A stretch of 63,138 nucleotides of DNA, counting the filler, from Octopus bimaculoides (taxonomy: Eukaryota): the NCBI RefSeq assembly GCF_001194135.2. It is 8 parts of 7 records of this genome, joined end to end, with 100 filler letters (N's around TTAATTAATTAA, not from the genome) between each part and the next. Parts side by side here need not be neighbours in the genome. Positions count along the whole stretch, not along the records: positions 1 to 23,156 come from NC_068988.1; 7 more parts are not named here. One strand, written 5' to 3'. This document shows, piece by piece, positions 1 to 13,239 of the stretch (position 1 is its first letter; each line of letters starts with the position of its first letter). Both the position numbers and the translations under genes were made by a program. A model generated the notes under the pieces. That model searched no databases and was not told where the DNA came from. It worked only from the letters and a program-made list of their open reading frames with translations.

Positions 1-128
1 ATATATATATATATATACACATATATATATATGTGTGTGTGTGAGAGTGTGCGTGTGTGTGCGCGCGCTTGTGTGTGTGTATGCCTGTATATTACTTAAT
101 AAACACAATTTATTTTCTTATGTGCTAT

Positions 129-600
129 TATTAGTTTCATGCTACGATAGTATCGTATACAGCATTCTTTCACGTATCTAGTGCCTTGGCGGAATCTCTA
201 GGCAATAATCCACAAGGAATAGTAAGCTAAAAATAGGACGATAGGACGAGAGAAAAGAAATGAGAAAAGGTGAAAAAAAAAGTAGATATAATAATGAAAG
301 ATTGAAAAACCAGATAACGGAAAAGAAAACAAATCAAAAGTGGGGAGAATAAGAGTTATGTCCCCTTTGACCGTAAAGCATAAAACTGAAATCATAGTGT
401 TTTAGAGTGTGCGGAATATTTCCGCAAATCGGAGAGAGTGACTGTTTTCTGTTCGTCAACAGGAACTTAGTCATACGTTTACAACCGCTGAATAATTTCG
501 GAGTTAGAATTCAGCAGTGTGGTAGAGTTCATAGATCTGAAATGTATCTCTACTGCAAATTCATAACCTTCATATGTTTGGCATGGTAGCTTCTCTAGGT
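129..600 (-). mobile_element. Inverted copy of the 3' end (GIY-YIG C-terminus plus terminal repeat) of a Penelope-like element
   Basis: The minus strand reads LLNSNSEI/SGCKRMTKFLLTN with a frameshift, matching the PLE endonuclease end motif LLNKRxEIxSxCxHxxKFLL. 129-372 is a diverged inverted repeat of about 1869-2108. Confidence 0.7.
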
Positions 601-689
601 TGAGTGACTTCAAAGGTTTTACCAATGTACACACTGATATGAAGTTATGCTACTTGGATAACTCTGCTAAGACCATACCTACATCAACG

Positions 690-2108
690 AATCACCTATG
701 CCTTTTGATATTCCGCAAGAAAGTTGAAGACCTCGTGAATATGATGCGATGTAAAGTTTTATTTTCGATAAAGCACTATCGCCCACTTCTACAAAACGTT
801 ACAATTTAAAGGCACATAAAAAAACCTCCTACGGTTAAAGGCCAAGCCCCCTTTGCGGCAGACCTTGATCTAGTTACCAATATCAAATTTTGTAACTCAT
901 TTCAAAATAAGCTGAAATCTGATATTAAAAATTGTAGAAGTTCTAAAAAGAGGTTCATATATTCTGACAAGACCAACCACCTGTATAAAGTCGCTAATGG
1001 CCTATATGATAAGTTGCTAAATAACATCATTTCCACTAAATATAAGGAAGCTAACATAGAGAGATACAATGATATTAATGATGATATTCTTTGTATTAAA
1101 ATATTGAGATAAAAGTACCCACGTCACGACGCTGGACTACACCGATACAACGGACTGGACATTTCTTAGGGCTATGATGGTCACACACAAAACAAATTTA
1201 GGAATCAACTGATCTCTACCTTCAGTCAATCAGGACTTAAATTCACAGTCACTACTAATGTGTTTAAAGTCCATCATTTAGATGTTTCCTGAGACCTAAA
1301 GTCCACCTTTTACTAAAAGACCCACGAGAAACTTTCTTATATACGCAAACAATCTTGTCACCCCAATGATATATTTAAAAGCCTGATAGCTAATATTAGT
1401 AACAGCGTATCTAAGATCTCTTCCTGTAAAGAAATTTTTTGAAAACAATGCCCTAGACAATGCCCTAGACAATAGTGGCTTTAAGGATAAATTGATATAT
1501 AACTCCTCTAATAATAATAGGAATAATGATAATTGACCTAAAAATAGACCTAGGAAAATAACTTGGTTCAACCCACCTACTCTTCTCCTTTAGTTAAAAA
1601 CTAACATAGGTAAAAGATTCATGTTTTTCCTATAGGTAAAAGAAAATGTTTAACTGTCAAGACCCAGGAACATCTCCGCTCCATTAAGGATGTATGATTA
1701 AATCTGCTATATATAAGCTATATCAGGTTATGTGAAGGTGACTTCCAAAACTGCTCTGCTAACCCCATATTATCCTTCCGACAGAGGGTCAAAAATAAAG
1801 CGACTAAGTACACTAGCCACGTAAACGGGTCCTTAACTCGCCACGTTAAAGTGTACATAACTATCCACGTTAAAGGGTACATAACTCTAACTCTTACCCC
1901 TTGCTTCTTTCTGTTTACTTGTTTTTCCAGTTTTTCAACTTTTCACAATATATATCTACTTCTGTCTGGCCTATTCTCATTTTTTTTGTCATCCTATCGT
2001 CCTATTTTTAGCTTTTTATCCCATGTGAGCATTGTCCGAAGTTAGAGCCAAGGCACCAAGTCTGTTAAATAACACTGTTTGAGATGCTTTTACAGCATGA
2101 AACTAATA
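690..2108 (+). mobile_element. Degenerate Penelope-like retroelement (RT N- and C-terminal remnants, 3' terminal repeat)
   Basis: Broken frames give SDKTNHLYKVANGLYDKLLNNIISTKYK, GLHRYNGL (GLYRDDGL-like), HHLDVS, SCHPNDIFK and RPRKITWFNPP...VKTNIGKRF, all typical PLE RT motifs. There are many stops and internal deletions. Confidence 0.8.
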
Positions 2109-2184
2109 GTGACTTATAACGACATTACTGTGTGTATTTGGTATTTATTTCTCACCAGATGGTATACGTTTTTTTTAATGATGT

Positions 2185-2224
<40 letters not shown>

Positions 2225-2331
2225 NNNNNNNNNNAGAGAGAGATAGAGAGTCACAAACATGTACATTATAGACACTCACAAGTATGCATTTATATAGACT
2301 TATATACAGTTAAATACAGTTAAACACGTAT

Positions 2332-2376
<45 letters not shown>

Positions 2377-2419
2377 TGCATATACACATACATACATATA
2401 TACATACATACATTCTTTG

Positions 2420-3150
2420 ATGTGAAAACCTAGAACAGGTTAACCAACACACTTTATTTCCGCATTTATTAGTGTAGATATAATGATTTATTGCATGTTT
2501 ACTTATAATTAGAATGTAGGAATGATCTAGGTGCTGGAATCTTACAATCAATTTACCATGCTGATTGATAACATTCAATTTAGCTTTATAAAAAATGAAA
2601 TACCTCAGACACGCAAGCCCCAAACTAGCCACCGCCACCTTTATGTGGTTGTGCATTTCAAAGAAGAGACCAAGCCATTTTAGATTCAGTATCATCAGTG
2701 AGAAATGTACAAAGTTTGCTAGAGATTATTAGCCATATCTGTACGTCTGAATGTAGATTTGTAGGAAGTATGAGGTGTTCAGCTTCACTATTATTATTTG
2801 AACTGATATTATAATCGGGTACATCAATATGATATTTAATTGCAGTAGATTTTGTATTGTGGTTATTTAGCTAGCTAGAAGTTGCAGTATCAGATGGTTA
2901 GTTATTTGCTGTACAGTTTAGTTGTCTGCGGTCACATATCGCATTACATTTTGAAGTAATTTGTGTAGTTTTGCATTTTGAGCAATTGAATTCAAACTTC
3001 CTGACTATTTCATACCGAATAATTAGTTTCATACTTTTATGCTATTTGTAAAATTAGGATTGTTGACGTCGTATTTGCTTTCAGTTTTGCAATACGAAAA
3101 TTTTACCTGAAACAATTCACACATTCCTTATTTCAAATGTTCATTTTCTT
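2420..3150 (-). mobile_element. Highly decayed PLE-like fragment (possible GIY-YIG region and terminal repeat)
   Basis: Minus strand IVRKFEFNCSKC and SKLCTF resemble PLE endonuclease start and end motifs, followed by CTGATGA. The match is weak. Confidence 0.3.
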
Positions 3151-3339
3151 ACCTTTTAAGTCACCGAATTAGTTTCTAAGTCACACAGTTATACAGCAGT
3201 TCGTGCGCGTATAGAATATATTATGTTGGATAGTAAGTCCTCTCACATTTTTGACATGACCATTTGAGGGTGCAATATCAATGTTTAGGATTAATTAAAC
3301 ATTAATTGTGACATCCAATAGTATGTCTTTGTTTCTTTG

Positions 3340-4150
3340 CAGATAAATTTAACCATAGGAATTCTAAAGAGGGTCTTCAGCAAAGGAATCGGCAATAAAT
3401 ATTAGTTGTGACTCTGACACTGAAGCTTTCAATGTCCGCACATGCCAAGATGGTTTGGCTAGTTTTTCACCGAAAATATTTTACTTGTAAATATTTTGTG
3501 AATATTCAATTTCTGAACAGCGTGGTTGAAGAAAACCTCAAGCAATCTACACGTGAATCTGCGAAACACTTCAATTCAAGTCACACTTTAATCTTAAAAA
3601 CCCTTCACGTACAAGCAAAGTGTCCATAATTGGCCAGTATTTTCCTCATGTTTTGAATGCTTTCGTTACAGCATCTGATGTATAAGGACAATCCAAAGTA
3701 AGCTATGCCCTATAATTTGTGGGTTATGTAATTTGTCATCTATCATGAAGTGTTAAATCAAAACGAAATAGTTAATAGGTATGAGCGTTATCGTAAATTC
3801 CAGTCATTGCAGAAATATTTCGAGACAAAGGGCCCATCATTTTTCGATCGTAAGAGAGTGTTGTTCTTAGTATGATTATACAAGTCCATATGTTACAGAA
3901 ATCATTCAAGATACGCTTATGATAATAAATGTGGAGGGTATCCTCAATATCTTTGCATTTCTGGTCTTGCTCTGTCTGAGCATTTTCTTTTCAGTTCCCT
4001 GGACATTGTTTGGGAGGAGACACTAAAAATCCCCGATGAATTTGACGCTGGTGTAGTTCAACATTTTGTCAAATAGATGGGATAATACTTTCAACTAGGT
4101 AGGGAAAATTATTTGCATTAAAATATATTAAGATCAAAGAAATATTTGCT
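3340..4150 (+). mobile_element. Mariner transposase remnant
   Basis: VEENLKQSTRESAKHFNSSHTLI (HTH region), xKVSIIGQYFPHVL (WVPHxL-like) and a degraded SPDLAPSDxHLFxSL motif near 3960-4005. Confidence 0.7.
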
Positions 4151-5385
4151 TGTCTCATCTTGTCATATATGATAAAACTTACTTTCGTAACTAATAGTAC
4201 ACTCATCCTTACATTGGGTCTTAAGAAAATTACGACCTTTCTTTTCCAGGCATTCAATAAATACATAGAGTAATATCTATTCAATCGCTCATGAATTATA
4301 TCTCATTATATTTTAATCAGGTATGTATTATATCTTTCAATGATCTTTGCATCAGTTTCAAATGAAAATCTTACCATTATTATTGAGTGACTCTTCAAAT
4401 ATCTCACGTCCATGCACCTGAATATCCTGAATTAAATTTACAGATGATAGTTAATTAAAATGTACTCGATAAGAATCATCGGCATAATAGAGCAAACCTT
4501 GTATCCTTGAGAATGTGTTATGAATGTTATGAAAATTTTAGGTTGTGAATTAATAAATATAANNNNNNNNNNNNNNNNNNNNNNNNNNNNNNNNNNNNNN
4601 NNNNNNNNNNNNNNNNNNNNNNNNNNNNNNNNNNNNNNNNNNNNNNNNNNNNNNNNNNNNNNNNNNNNNNNNNNNNNNNNNNNNNNNNNNNNNNNNNNNN
4701 NNNNNNNNNNNNNNNNNNNNNNNCAATTATATCCTTATCCATATACGTACATTCTAAAATAATGATCTGGGGGAAATTTACGTTACGTTGTGAATACAAG
4801 TTGACACACTAGGCTTCAGCATGAATATGTATAAGTGTGGCAGTAAGACTGCTCTTCAAGTATAGGAATTCCTATTAAAGTGGAAAACCATGAGAATATC
4901 ATATAAGTGTTTGAGGAAAATGGATATATCTGAAGATCAAGTCTTTGTGTTTGAAATGATTGAAATCACAAAGGAAATTGAATAAATTTCGAGTTATTTC
5001 CGTTTACACAAATATGTTGAGAAGTAGAAGCTTGTGTATGTATGCAAACCTATATTAGTATGGAAATGAAAGGAAACATTAGTTACGTGTTTAATAATTT
5101 GCGTGTACTTATGAATGTCGATTTACACAGATTCGAATATACAACAGACACACACACACACAAGCACAGATGAGCGCGTGCACACATACATGCACACACA
5201 CACACACACACAAATTATTAATAAGTAACTCGGGAGACGAAAAGAGACAAATACGAGTATAACTAGTAATAAATAGTATACAAAGATATGTATGCATATG
5301 TATATATATTTATGTATGTATACTCTCACACACGGAGAGACAGAGAGAGAGAGAGACACACACACACAGACACACACACTCACAC

Positions 5386-5440
<55 letters not shown>

Positions 5441-6087
5441 NNNNNNNNNNNNNNNNNNNNNNNNNNNNNNNNNNNNNNNNNNNNNNNNNNNNNNNNNNNN
5501 NNNNNNNNNNNNNNNNNNNNAGAGAGAGAGAGAGAGAGATACACACATTCAAACACAAACACACGCACATACACATACACACAAATATACACTTTCGGAA
5601 CGACAGTAGAAATGTGACAATGATTTCGAAGTCACCGTTCCTCGTTTGTAAAATTATACTTACACCTGTGCTCTAACAAAGTGGTTATTGTCCAGTTTCA
5701 TGTTAAATCTTTTTATTATAAATGGACACAAAAAGAGCGCAAAATATATATACGTGTGTGACGCTTCACACGTATATTTGTGTCCACGTATTAAATGTTG
5801 CGTTACAAATTTTGAGAGGAACTACATTTTTTTTCATTCGTTGCCCCATTTCGAATGTTTGACGCACAAGAACCGAAAGTAAAACAAACTTCTAAATGAC
5901 TGTCAAAATGTTTCCTTGTTAATATCTAATAAGAATATATTCTAGCGAAAGTAGGGAGTATTCCTTCAGATTAATGGTAACTTGCTTTTGTATAAAACTA
6001 GTCAAATACTACATATGTGTGCGTGTGTATGTATTTATGTACTCACACACATATATGCCTATATATATATATATATATATATATATA

Positions 6088-6830
6088 AGCTGAAATTTAC
6101 AGTTAATCAAAAGACGAAGATAGGTGGATGAACACCAAGCTGGTGTATTAGTATGGCCCCCAAGAAACTGCGAAAAGTATTTTATATTTCGAGCCTACGC
6201 TCTGCATCAGAAAGGAATAAGATAAAATAAACAGAGAGAATATAAAAAAAAACTGTGGATTTAGCGATCAAGCACGGAGAAGGGTTGGGAAAAAAGAAAG
6301 GTTTGAGAGGAGAGGTGGAAGGAGAGATAATAAAGTATTGGTGATCTCACAATGAAGGTGCGCGTTCTAGAATGTATATGTGAGAATATGTGTGTGTCGG
6401 GATAGGGGCTAGTGATTGTGACGTGTGTGGATTTGTGCATGTATAATTGTGTGCGTCTGTAATGTGTTGGTGTGTGGAAGTGGTGTGGGGATGTGGGCGT
6501 GTGATGGAGCCGTGGGGGAGGTTTGGGTGTGGGGGTAAGGTGAATGAAGAGTTGTATGGAGTGCAGTAAATAAAGAGTGGAAGGTATGGGTAGTGCGGAG
6601 TATCAATGAAGAGAGGGTAGGAGTGAAGTGAAGAAGTAGATGTCAGATACAGAGAGGAGGGGAGTTGAGCCCATGTGGAGTAAAGGATCGAAGAGAGAAG
6701 ATTAAATCCTGTTCATGGAGTTCGGATAGCCCTTGTGTACAGACAATCCGAAGACAGGTGTTGTTGTGAATGACCGCTATAGTGGAAATGGTGCGAGACC
6801 GAGGTATCATTGCCGAGTCAGCCAAGCGGT
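6088..6830 (-). mobile_element. PLE remnant: GIY-YIG C-terminus and terminal repeat
   Basis: Minus strand EQDLIFSLRSFTPHGLN matches the PLE end motif EQxxIFxLxTLxPxGLN. The terminal repeat has CTGATGCA-GAGC(GTAG)GCTC-GAAA near 6190-6210. Confidence 0.7.
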
Positions 6831-7019
6831 GTCCCGTGTGACAAGAGAAAGGCAGAAAGAGCAGGAGATGCAGTAAAATAATTTGCTAGAAGCGCAGGTA
6901 AATGAGTCTGGGATATGATAAGGACAATGATGGGTGCCTGTGAGGATGGTTGTGTTGGAGATATAAAACACACACACACACACTCACAAACACACATACA
7001 TATATCAATACCTAAGTGT

Positions 7020-7255
7020 GTCTTTGTGTCTGTGTTTGTCCAACCACCAGTACCACTACCACTACCGCTTGACAACGGGTCTTAGTGTGTTATCAAGGGT
7101 ACAATTAGCGGTTCGACAAAAGGTACCAACAGGATAAGTACTATGTTTAAAAATTAAGTACTGGGGCCCATTATTTCAACTAAAAATTCAAGACAACGCC
7201 CCAGCATGCCCGCAGTCAAACGACCGAAACAACTAAAAGATAAAGGATGAAAGAT
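7020..7255 (+). mobile_element. 3' half of octopus tRNA/CORE-type SINE, diverged
   Basis: Similar to the SINE tail at 23410-23622 (ataagtact...ccagcatg.ccgcagtcaaa..gac.gaaacaa.taaaaga). Confidence 0.7.
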
Positions 7256-7260
7256 ATATA

Positions 7261-8364
7261 CAGGGTGTGGTGAATATATTGGTGTCTAAAGCAGGGATTC
7301 TCAAACTATCTGATGTGGCGTACCAGCATTTTTTTCCAAGGTGCCAGTGACCGGTAATATTTCTCAGTAATATTAATTTATACTGGAAACAATATATATA
7401 ATTAATATAATAACAGTTGATATTTTTTTTTATCCCATATCTATTTTGTAAACAAATAATACATTATTACATAAGCATTTCATATGCATTTTATAAGCAT
7501 TTTATAATGTTTCCTTCTTTTCTGGAAAATCCGTGCGTACCGGCAGCTGACGGCTCGCGGATCGGCACCGGTCCGCGGAGAAGCAGTGGTCTTAATTATG
7601 CAAAAATGAAAATAAGACTGACATCTCATTTTAACAGATATATTTACCAAAATTACATAAAATTTAATTGAAATACTAAAGAATATTTTAATTGAATAAA
7701 ATCCTCATTGGCTTCCACCACGGCCTCCAGACGAGTTAGGAATCTCCTGCAACACTTCTAGACGGCGAATGCTCCCATAATCCTTGCCTTCGATTCATCT
7801 TTGGTATTACAAGGAGTTATATTGCTCTCTCGCTCAACTGCGCCCGATAAATAATAATCTAGGGAGTTGCAGTTTCGGGGAGTTAAATGGCCTGATGTTA
7901 GGTGTCATGTGGTCGCAGAAATTGTCTCACAGCCATGACTGGATGCTCTTGCATGTGTGGAATGGTGGAGATTCCTGTTGCTGGACATAGGGTCATCTAG
8001 CAGTCACCCTCCTGATCCAGGTTAGTACTACTTCTTTCAGGCACAAGTGATCACTTGGAACATGATGTTGACTGGATAACTGATTGTTATCACTTTCGGT
8101 AAATGTACACATATTAAACTATCCTCACATTGACACCCAAACATTCTGAAATGTTTCTATTAGATCTTCCGGCGCGAATGTCAAGCAGCACAGCATGTCA
8201 TTTCCAAATTTCGGGCAGAGTGAATTGTGTCATAGTGCTGTTTTTCTGACAGACGGTGCCCAACGTACCCTACTATACTGTGTCGTCGGCAAAATCAAAA
8301 ACAAACAATGCGCATGCGCGAAATTACAAATATGACATGGCGACCATTTATCCATCACAGGCTG
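7261..8364 (-). mobile_element. Old maT/DD37D-type Tc1/mariner element, internally deleted
   Basis: TA-flanked diverged TIRs (cagggtgtggtgaata / tatccatcacaggctg). Minus strand PYVQQESPPFHTCKSIQSWL.DNFCDHMTPNIRPFNSPNCNSLDYY...RLEAVVEANEDFI is homologous to 28356-29625. Confidence 0.8.
7292..7588. mobile_element. hAT/Charlie-type MITE nested inside the maT element
   Basis: Ends are cagggattctcaaact and gagaagcagtg (Charlie-type CAGTGGTTCTCAA TIR). The imperfect 8-bp TSD gtctaaag/gtcttaat fits the NTCTAGAN preference. Confidence 0.65.
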
Positions 8365-8394
8365 TATATACATACATACACAGATAATATATAT

Positions 8395-8533
8395 TTTTTT
8401 CTTTCATCCTTTTATTCTCTTACTTGTTTCAGTCACTTGACTGCTTCCATGCTGGAGGACCTTCTTTAGTCTTATTCTTTGTAAGCCTAGTACTATTCTA
8501 ACGATGGTTGGGGAACAAACTCACACACACTCA

Positions 8534-8581
<48 letters not shown>

Positions 8582-8604
8582 AACACGCACACACGCACAC
8601 GCAC

Positions 8605-8637
<33 letters not shown>

Positions 8638-8800
8638 CAGAGAGAGAGATTTAAATGTATACGATGGGCTTCTTTCAGTTTCTGTCTACCAAATCCACTC
8701 ACAAGGCAGGAAATTATAGTAGAAGACACTTGCGCAAGGTTCCACACACTGGAACTGAACCCAGAACTATGCGGTTGGGAACCGATTCTTACCACATAGT
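8395..8800 (-). mobile_element. Octopus tRNA/CORE-type SINE with internal deletion
   Basis: Shares cttgtttcagtca.ttgactgc..ccatgctggag and gggcttctttcagtttc.gtctaccaaatccactcacaagg...agaagacacttgc.caagg with the full copies. Confidence 0.85.
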
Positions 8801-9240
8801 CATAAATATATATGATAATATTTATGACCATACCTTAGGCATGAGCTGTCAACTCACTTTTGTCCTTTATTCAAAATAGATACAGTATTCTAGTCTTAGT
8901 TTTAGTAGTTGATATAGACAAAATTGAATTGGACATGAATTGCAATCCCTTACAGCCTTATAATCCCAATGCGATTCTTGAAAATGTATTCTATTCGTAG
9001 CTACAATACCGACAATATGAATTTCTGATATGATCTTGCTGTTAAAATATTTGAGAAAGATTATATTAATGTGTCCTATGGTTAAAATTCCATTTAGTTA
9101 TTTGTGCCGCTGAAGATGGCACTGCATTTAAATTGATGTAATGATTGCATTGTTCAATTAAATGAAGCCGCTTGAAACGGTCGTACAGCATCACTACTTG
9201 ATATCCTGTTGCTTATTTTCTAAGTAACATCATCTTCAAA

Positions 9241-10015
9241 AGTGTCACCTTGCGCTGGCATTCCTGCCACTTCTGAACTCCAGCCTGGAAGTGGTTTTCC
9301 GTAAATGAATGGAGAACCTTCTGCAATTCAGTCTGGATCTCGATAACGGTGTTAAAATAGCGCGATATTTGAGATTCATTTTAATCTTGGGGAAGAGATG
9401 GATGTCTGCATGTGTTAGATCTGGTGGATAGGGCGAGTTGGAAGCGATATCATGTTTCTGCAAGAAACTCATGTATGAGGATAGATTCGCGAAGAATCCA
9501 ATTATTCCTGTTCCACAGATCCGGTCGCTTTCTCAGAATGTCCTTCCACAAAGGTTTCAAAATATCGCGGTAGAACTTTCGATTGATGATCTAGCACTCG
9601 GAGGCGAATTCTCGATGCACAATACCACATTTGCGGGGGTGATGCTCGTAGTATATCTTCCAGATCACCCTTCGTCTTCTAGGGACATTCTTCCTCTTTT
9701 GAAGCGTCCGTGCCACTCGAAACAATGCGTACGGTCCATTGCCTCGTCGCTGTAATCTTGCCAAAGCATGTGCAATGTCTCTTTTGCAGACTTCCCAAGT
9801 TTGATGTAAATTTCAGATTGGCTCTTTGTTCCTGTCCATGACAAAATCGGAGACGTACCGCATGAGCGTGATTACAAACACAAATTTGACAACTTGTAAA
9901 GTAAACATAGCAATGTCACTTGGCCCACTGCCTCATGAGGGACACGGCTAGCTTTCACAGTGCACGCACTCACTTGGAGTGCTGCAGAACTAGTCCTCGA
10001 ACCCTTTGATAGCAC

Positions 10016-10019
<4 letters not shown>
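9241..10019 (-). mobile_element. Mariner element, deleted, with one TIR retained
   Basis: Minus strand SPYPPDLTHADIHLFPKIKMNLK (YSPDLAP motif). TIR tgaagtgctatcaaagggttcgaggactagt at about 9989-10019 is flanked by TA. Confidence 0.8.
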
Positions 10020-10059
<40 letters not shown>

Positions 10060-10393
10060 AATATATATGTATATATGTACACATGTACACATATGTGTGC
10101 ATGTGAATGTGTGTGTGTGTCTGTGTGTTTGCGTGTGACTATCGCAACAGATTCCGAATATTTTTACGTTTTTGGTAAAAATATTAACCATAACTACAAC
10201 TATTTTGTGCAAAATGAATTCTCAAAAATAATTCGTAAACTGCCATAACAGCACGAACCTAACTATATATGGATTCGCAGAGCGTGTTACATTAGCTGCA
10301 TTTACTTTTCTCAACGCATACTTACATAGATTCATATATTTATACTACATGCATACGTGCACATACAACTATACATTCACACACATGTAACAT

Positions 10394-10451
<58 letters not shown>

Positions 10452-10622
10452 NNNNNNNNNNNNNNNNNNNNNNNNNNNNNNNNNNNNNNNNNNNNNNNNN
10501 NNNNNNNNNNNNNNNNNNNNNNNNNNNNNNNNNNNNNNNNNNNNNNNNNNNNNNNNNNNNNNNNNNNTATATACATATATATGCATGTATACATGCGCGC
10601 ACGCACACACACACACACACAC

Positions 10623-10665
<43 letters not shown>

Positions 10666-11954
10666 CGTGTGTATGCATTTGATTACACACATCCGCGTAG
10701 TACATTGCGTATGTATGGAGATGCGTGCGATGTATTATTTTCATTTTGATTTTCCTTACATTCATAATTTTGTGAGAAGGGAACTATAGTGCAGTTTTGA
10801 AATTCATCAATCTGCCTGCCTGGCTGTGCCTAATTGAAAAACTGCGAAAAATATTGGGCGAATGTGGGAACAGGAATGATAATTTGATGAAGAAAGCGCA
10901 CATGATTGGAAAGAAGTATACAGAAAATTGGTGTGTGCTAAATGAAAAGAAGTCGGGCAATTTTTCAGGAACTTGAAGAAGAAAATAAGAAAAAATTGAA
11001 AATAAGTAACGAGTGAATGGAAAATATTTTTTTTAAATATCTAATCATATGTATCAATTTAAAAATGCATTTTCATGTTTTATCATTTTTCATTCCAATT
11101 CTTTCTTCCATTTAAAAGATAAAGAATTTACATTTATTTTATTATGTTTTACTTCATTTTATTTTGTGATATATTTTTTTTAATTTGTTGTGTAAAAATA
11201 ATAAAGGAAGAAATAGATATCAGAATAGTTATTACAATTTTTCAGGGTAAAAGAAACATCTTTGTCAATGTATTTCTTGATAAATAACTCACCAAAACCA
11301 CCACTGTTGGAAGGTTGTTTTATATAAAAAAAAAGATGTTTTATATACCAGACATTGCGTGACTGCTGTCCATTTGAAATAGAATCCAAGTTAAAGAGTA
11401 TTTTTTTTATTATAAACATTTTTATATATTTTCACTTTATGTTTTCTCACAGAATATCATAGTACTTGTAGGATGTTTCGAAAATTATGTTGCTTTAGTC
11501 ACGCAATCGAAAACCGGGGGTAAAAATAAGAAGCAAAATCAAAACAAAAAAGAAATCAAAATCTTAAAATACAAATGTGTATGATTGATTAGTTTTTCTT
11601 TTTCATCGTTTTCATACTTACATACACTGAAATACACAAGATTATAAACTCCAAATGTATAGACATACACGCCTGAGCGTAATCATTCCAGCATATACGA
11701 AGACAGAAATAGGCGTATCCATACTACTTTAGCATGTGTGCATAGATGTATGCATACGCATACACCTAAGAGTACATGTATTTTAATGCATGTATCTATA
11801 TATTTATATGTATATATACCTATATATCTCTTTCCTCAAAGATATTTAACCCTAAAAGTTTTTCTTCCATTTTGCCAGTGTCTTTCAAATGGATATGTGT
11901 GTGTGTGTATGTGGGTATATTAGTGTATATATTTGTATGTATGTATATATATAT

Positions 11955-12362
11955 ATACTCTTTACTCTTTTACTTGTTTCAGTCATTTGACTGTAGCCAT
12001 TCTGGAGCACCACCTTTAGTTGAGTAAATCGATCCCAGGACTTATTCTTTGTAAGCCTAATACTTATTCTATCGTTCTCTTTTGCCGAACCGCTAAGTTA
12101 CGGGGACGTAAATACACAAGCATCGGTTGTCAAGCGATGTTGGGGAGACAAACACAGATACACAAACATATACACACATACATATGTACATATACATATA
12201 TAAGACGGACTTTTTTCAGTTTCCGTCTACCAAAGCTACTCACAAGGCTTTGGTCGGCCCAAGGCTATAGTAGAAGACACTTGCCCAAGGTTCCACGTAG
12301 TGAGACTGAACCCGGAACCATGTGATTTTTAAACAAGCTACTTACCACACAGCGACTCCTTC
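11955..12362 (-). mobile_element. Full-length octopus tRNA-derived CORE-type SINE (OR/OK-like)
   Basis: Minus-strand head has A box tgtgtggtaag and B box ggttcagtc, then CORE-like ccttgggcaagtg, a central microsatellite and an agagta-repeat tail. Confidence 0.9.
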
Positions 12363-13239
12363 TCATGTGTATAAAATATATACATACATATGTATATATA
12401 TATATATATATGTACACATATGTATATATACATATTTATACACATGTATATATNNNNNNNNNNNNNNNNNNNNNNNNNNNNNNNNNNNNNNNNNNNNNNN
12501 NNNNNNNNNNNNNNNNNNNNNNNNNNNNNNNNNNNNNNNNNNNNNNNNNNNNNNNNNNNNNNNNNNNNNNNNNNNNNNNNNNNNNNNNNNNNNNNNNNNN
12601 NNNNNNNNNNNNNNNNNNNNNNNNNNNNNCATATGAATATATATTACCTAACATAATGCAATACCTTGCAATATAATTTTTATTCATTCCAAAATTATTA
12701 TTTAGTGACAAAACAAAACACATTTTTAAGGTTCATTTGTATTGTATATATTTGTGTGTGTTTATGTGTTTGTGCGCGTTAGTGGAAGCATAACATAAAC
12801 AGAATATGTATTTCAATGTAAAATAAATATTTGAGATATAAAAATGAAATAAGCCAAACTCAAAACAATAGTTTAAAATAGGCATTAAACATCCAAAATC
12901 TGATAGCATGCAGAAATTACAGGAAAGAAAAATCTAAATAAATAGTAAAAACTTAATATGTTGTTAGAAATATATATATATTTCATCTCAAAAAAGTATT
13001 ATGTTAATATCATTTTCGTACAACGTTGCAGATTTTGTGGAATGTATGAGACTGATGGCTTCAATCAAATAGTTTGGTATAAGGTATTTTGTGTAGGTGG
13101 AAGAGTCTTTCTAGTCCTTCTAGTCCTCTTTAGTAAGCCAAGCCTTGAAAGTGTGTCGGTTACTTTTAGAATAATCTTAGAAAAGGAATTTGTTTTAAAT
13201 TGTGATAAGGAAAAAAGACACGACTAATTGAAATATTAA

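Noticed and set aside
5109-5617. Numerous long ORFs ([18 protein letters not shown], poly-X) across the window
   Set aside because: These are translations of dinucleotide microsatellites and N-gaps with no coding signal.
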